64,000 bases of DNA from assembly GCA_951406725.2 (NCBI GenBank), contig OX597817.1, positions 114,266,001 to 114,330,000 on the forward strand, read 5' to 3'. The notes under the pieces were generated by a model, which was not told where the DNA came from, ran no database searches, and saw only the letters and a list, made by a program, of their open reading frames with translations. Shown in pieces: positions 63,672 to 64,000 of the stretch. Positions within the stretch are counted from its first letter, which is position 1; each line of letters begins with the position of its first letter. The DNA is from Octopus vulgaris. Its lineage: Eukaryota. A program made the position numbers and the translations under genes.

Positions 63672-64000
63672 AATAAACATCAATTTATATATTCTGAACT
63701 TTGCACCAGCTTGAACACCATCTGAAGGGCAATTAAATAATACATTGGTTAATGACCAAGTTATCATCAATGAACAGCTAAGAATGGCAAATTTGATGCC
63801 ATAATAGATGACAGTTTAGATTTGGCTTAACTTATAATGATGGTGTTTAGTTAGAGACAATGAATGTTGATGGGGATATTAGGTGTGACTTAACAAAATA
63901 TTATCAGTTATGCTAAATTTGATGATACAAGGAAAATGAGGTTAAATTTCAATGTAATGAGAATTGGTGACAAAGTTAGTTTTAACACTATGAAATCTAA

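Overview
AT-rich, microsatellite-saturated eukaryotic DNA, mostly intronic or intergenic. The SINE families and simple repeats look like those of a coleoid cephalopod, probably Octopus (inference from recalled repeat families, not a search). Nearly all listed ORFs are artefacts of (TA)n, (CA)n, (CAT)n and (CCA)n repeats. Recognisable protein-coding DNA is decayed transposable element: Dong/R4 and RTE non-LTR fragments, Penelope-like fragments, a Helitron PIF1 helicase, pogo, two mariners, a Tc1, and a poorly classified transposase with an EEAD..DTDV motif and a Cys-rich tail. One strong candidate host exon lies at 54723-54881 (+), with a possible terminal exon ending in CxC. The main finding is a set of minimal type I hammerhead ribozyme motifs. 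Three lie in a head-to-tail array of a highly self-complementary 559/560-bp unit (6491-8081), which looks like the genomic template of a retrozyme or viroid-like circular RNA. Another sits in a rod-like ~265-bp monomer (3077-3331), and several are in Penelope inverted pLTRs. A 94-bp tandem array of near-perfect hairpins lies at 58460-58968. All folds were paired by eye and none was computed.
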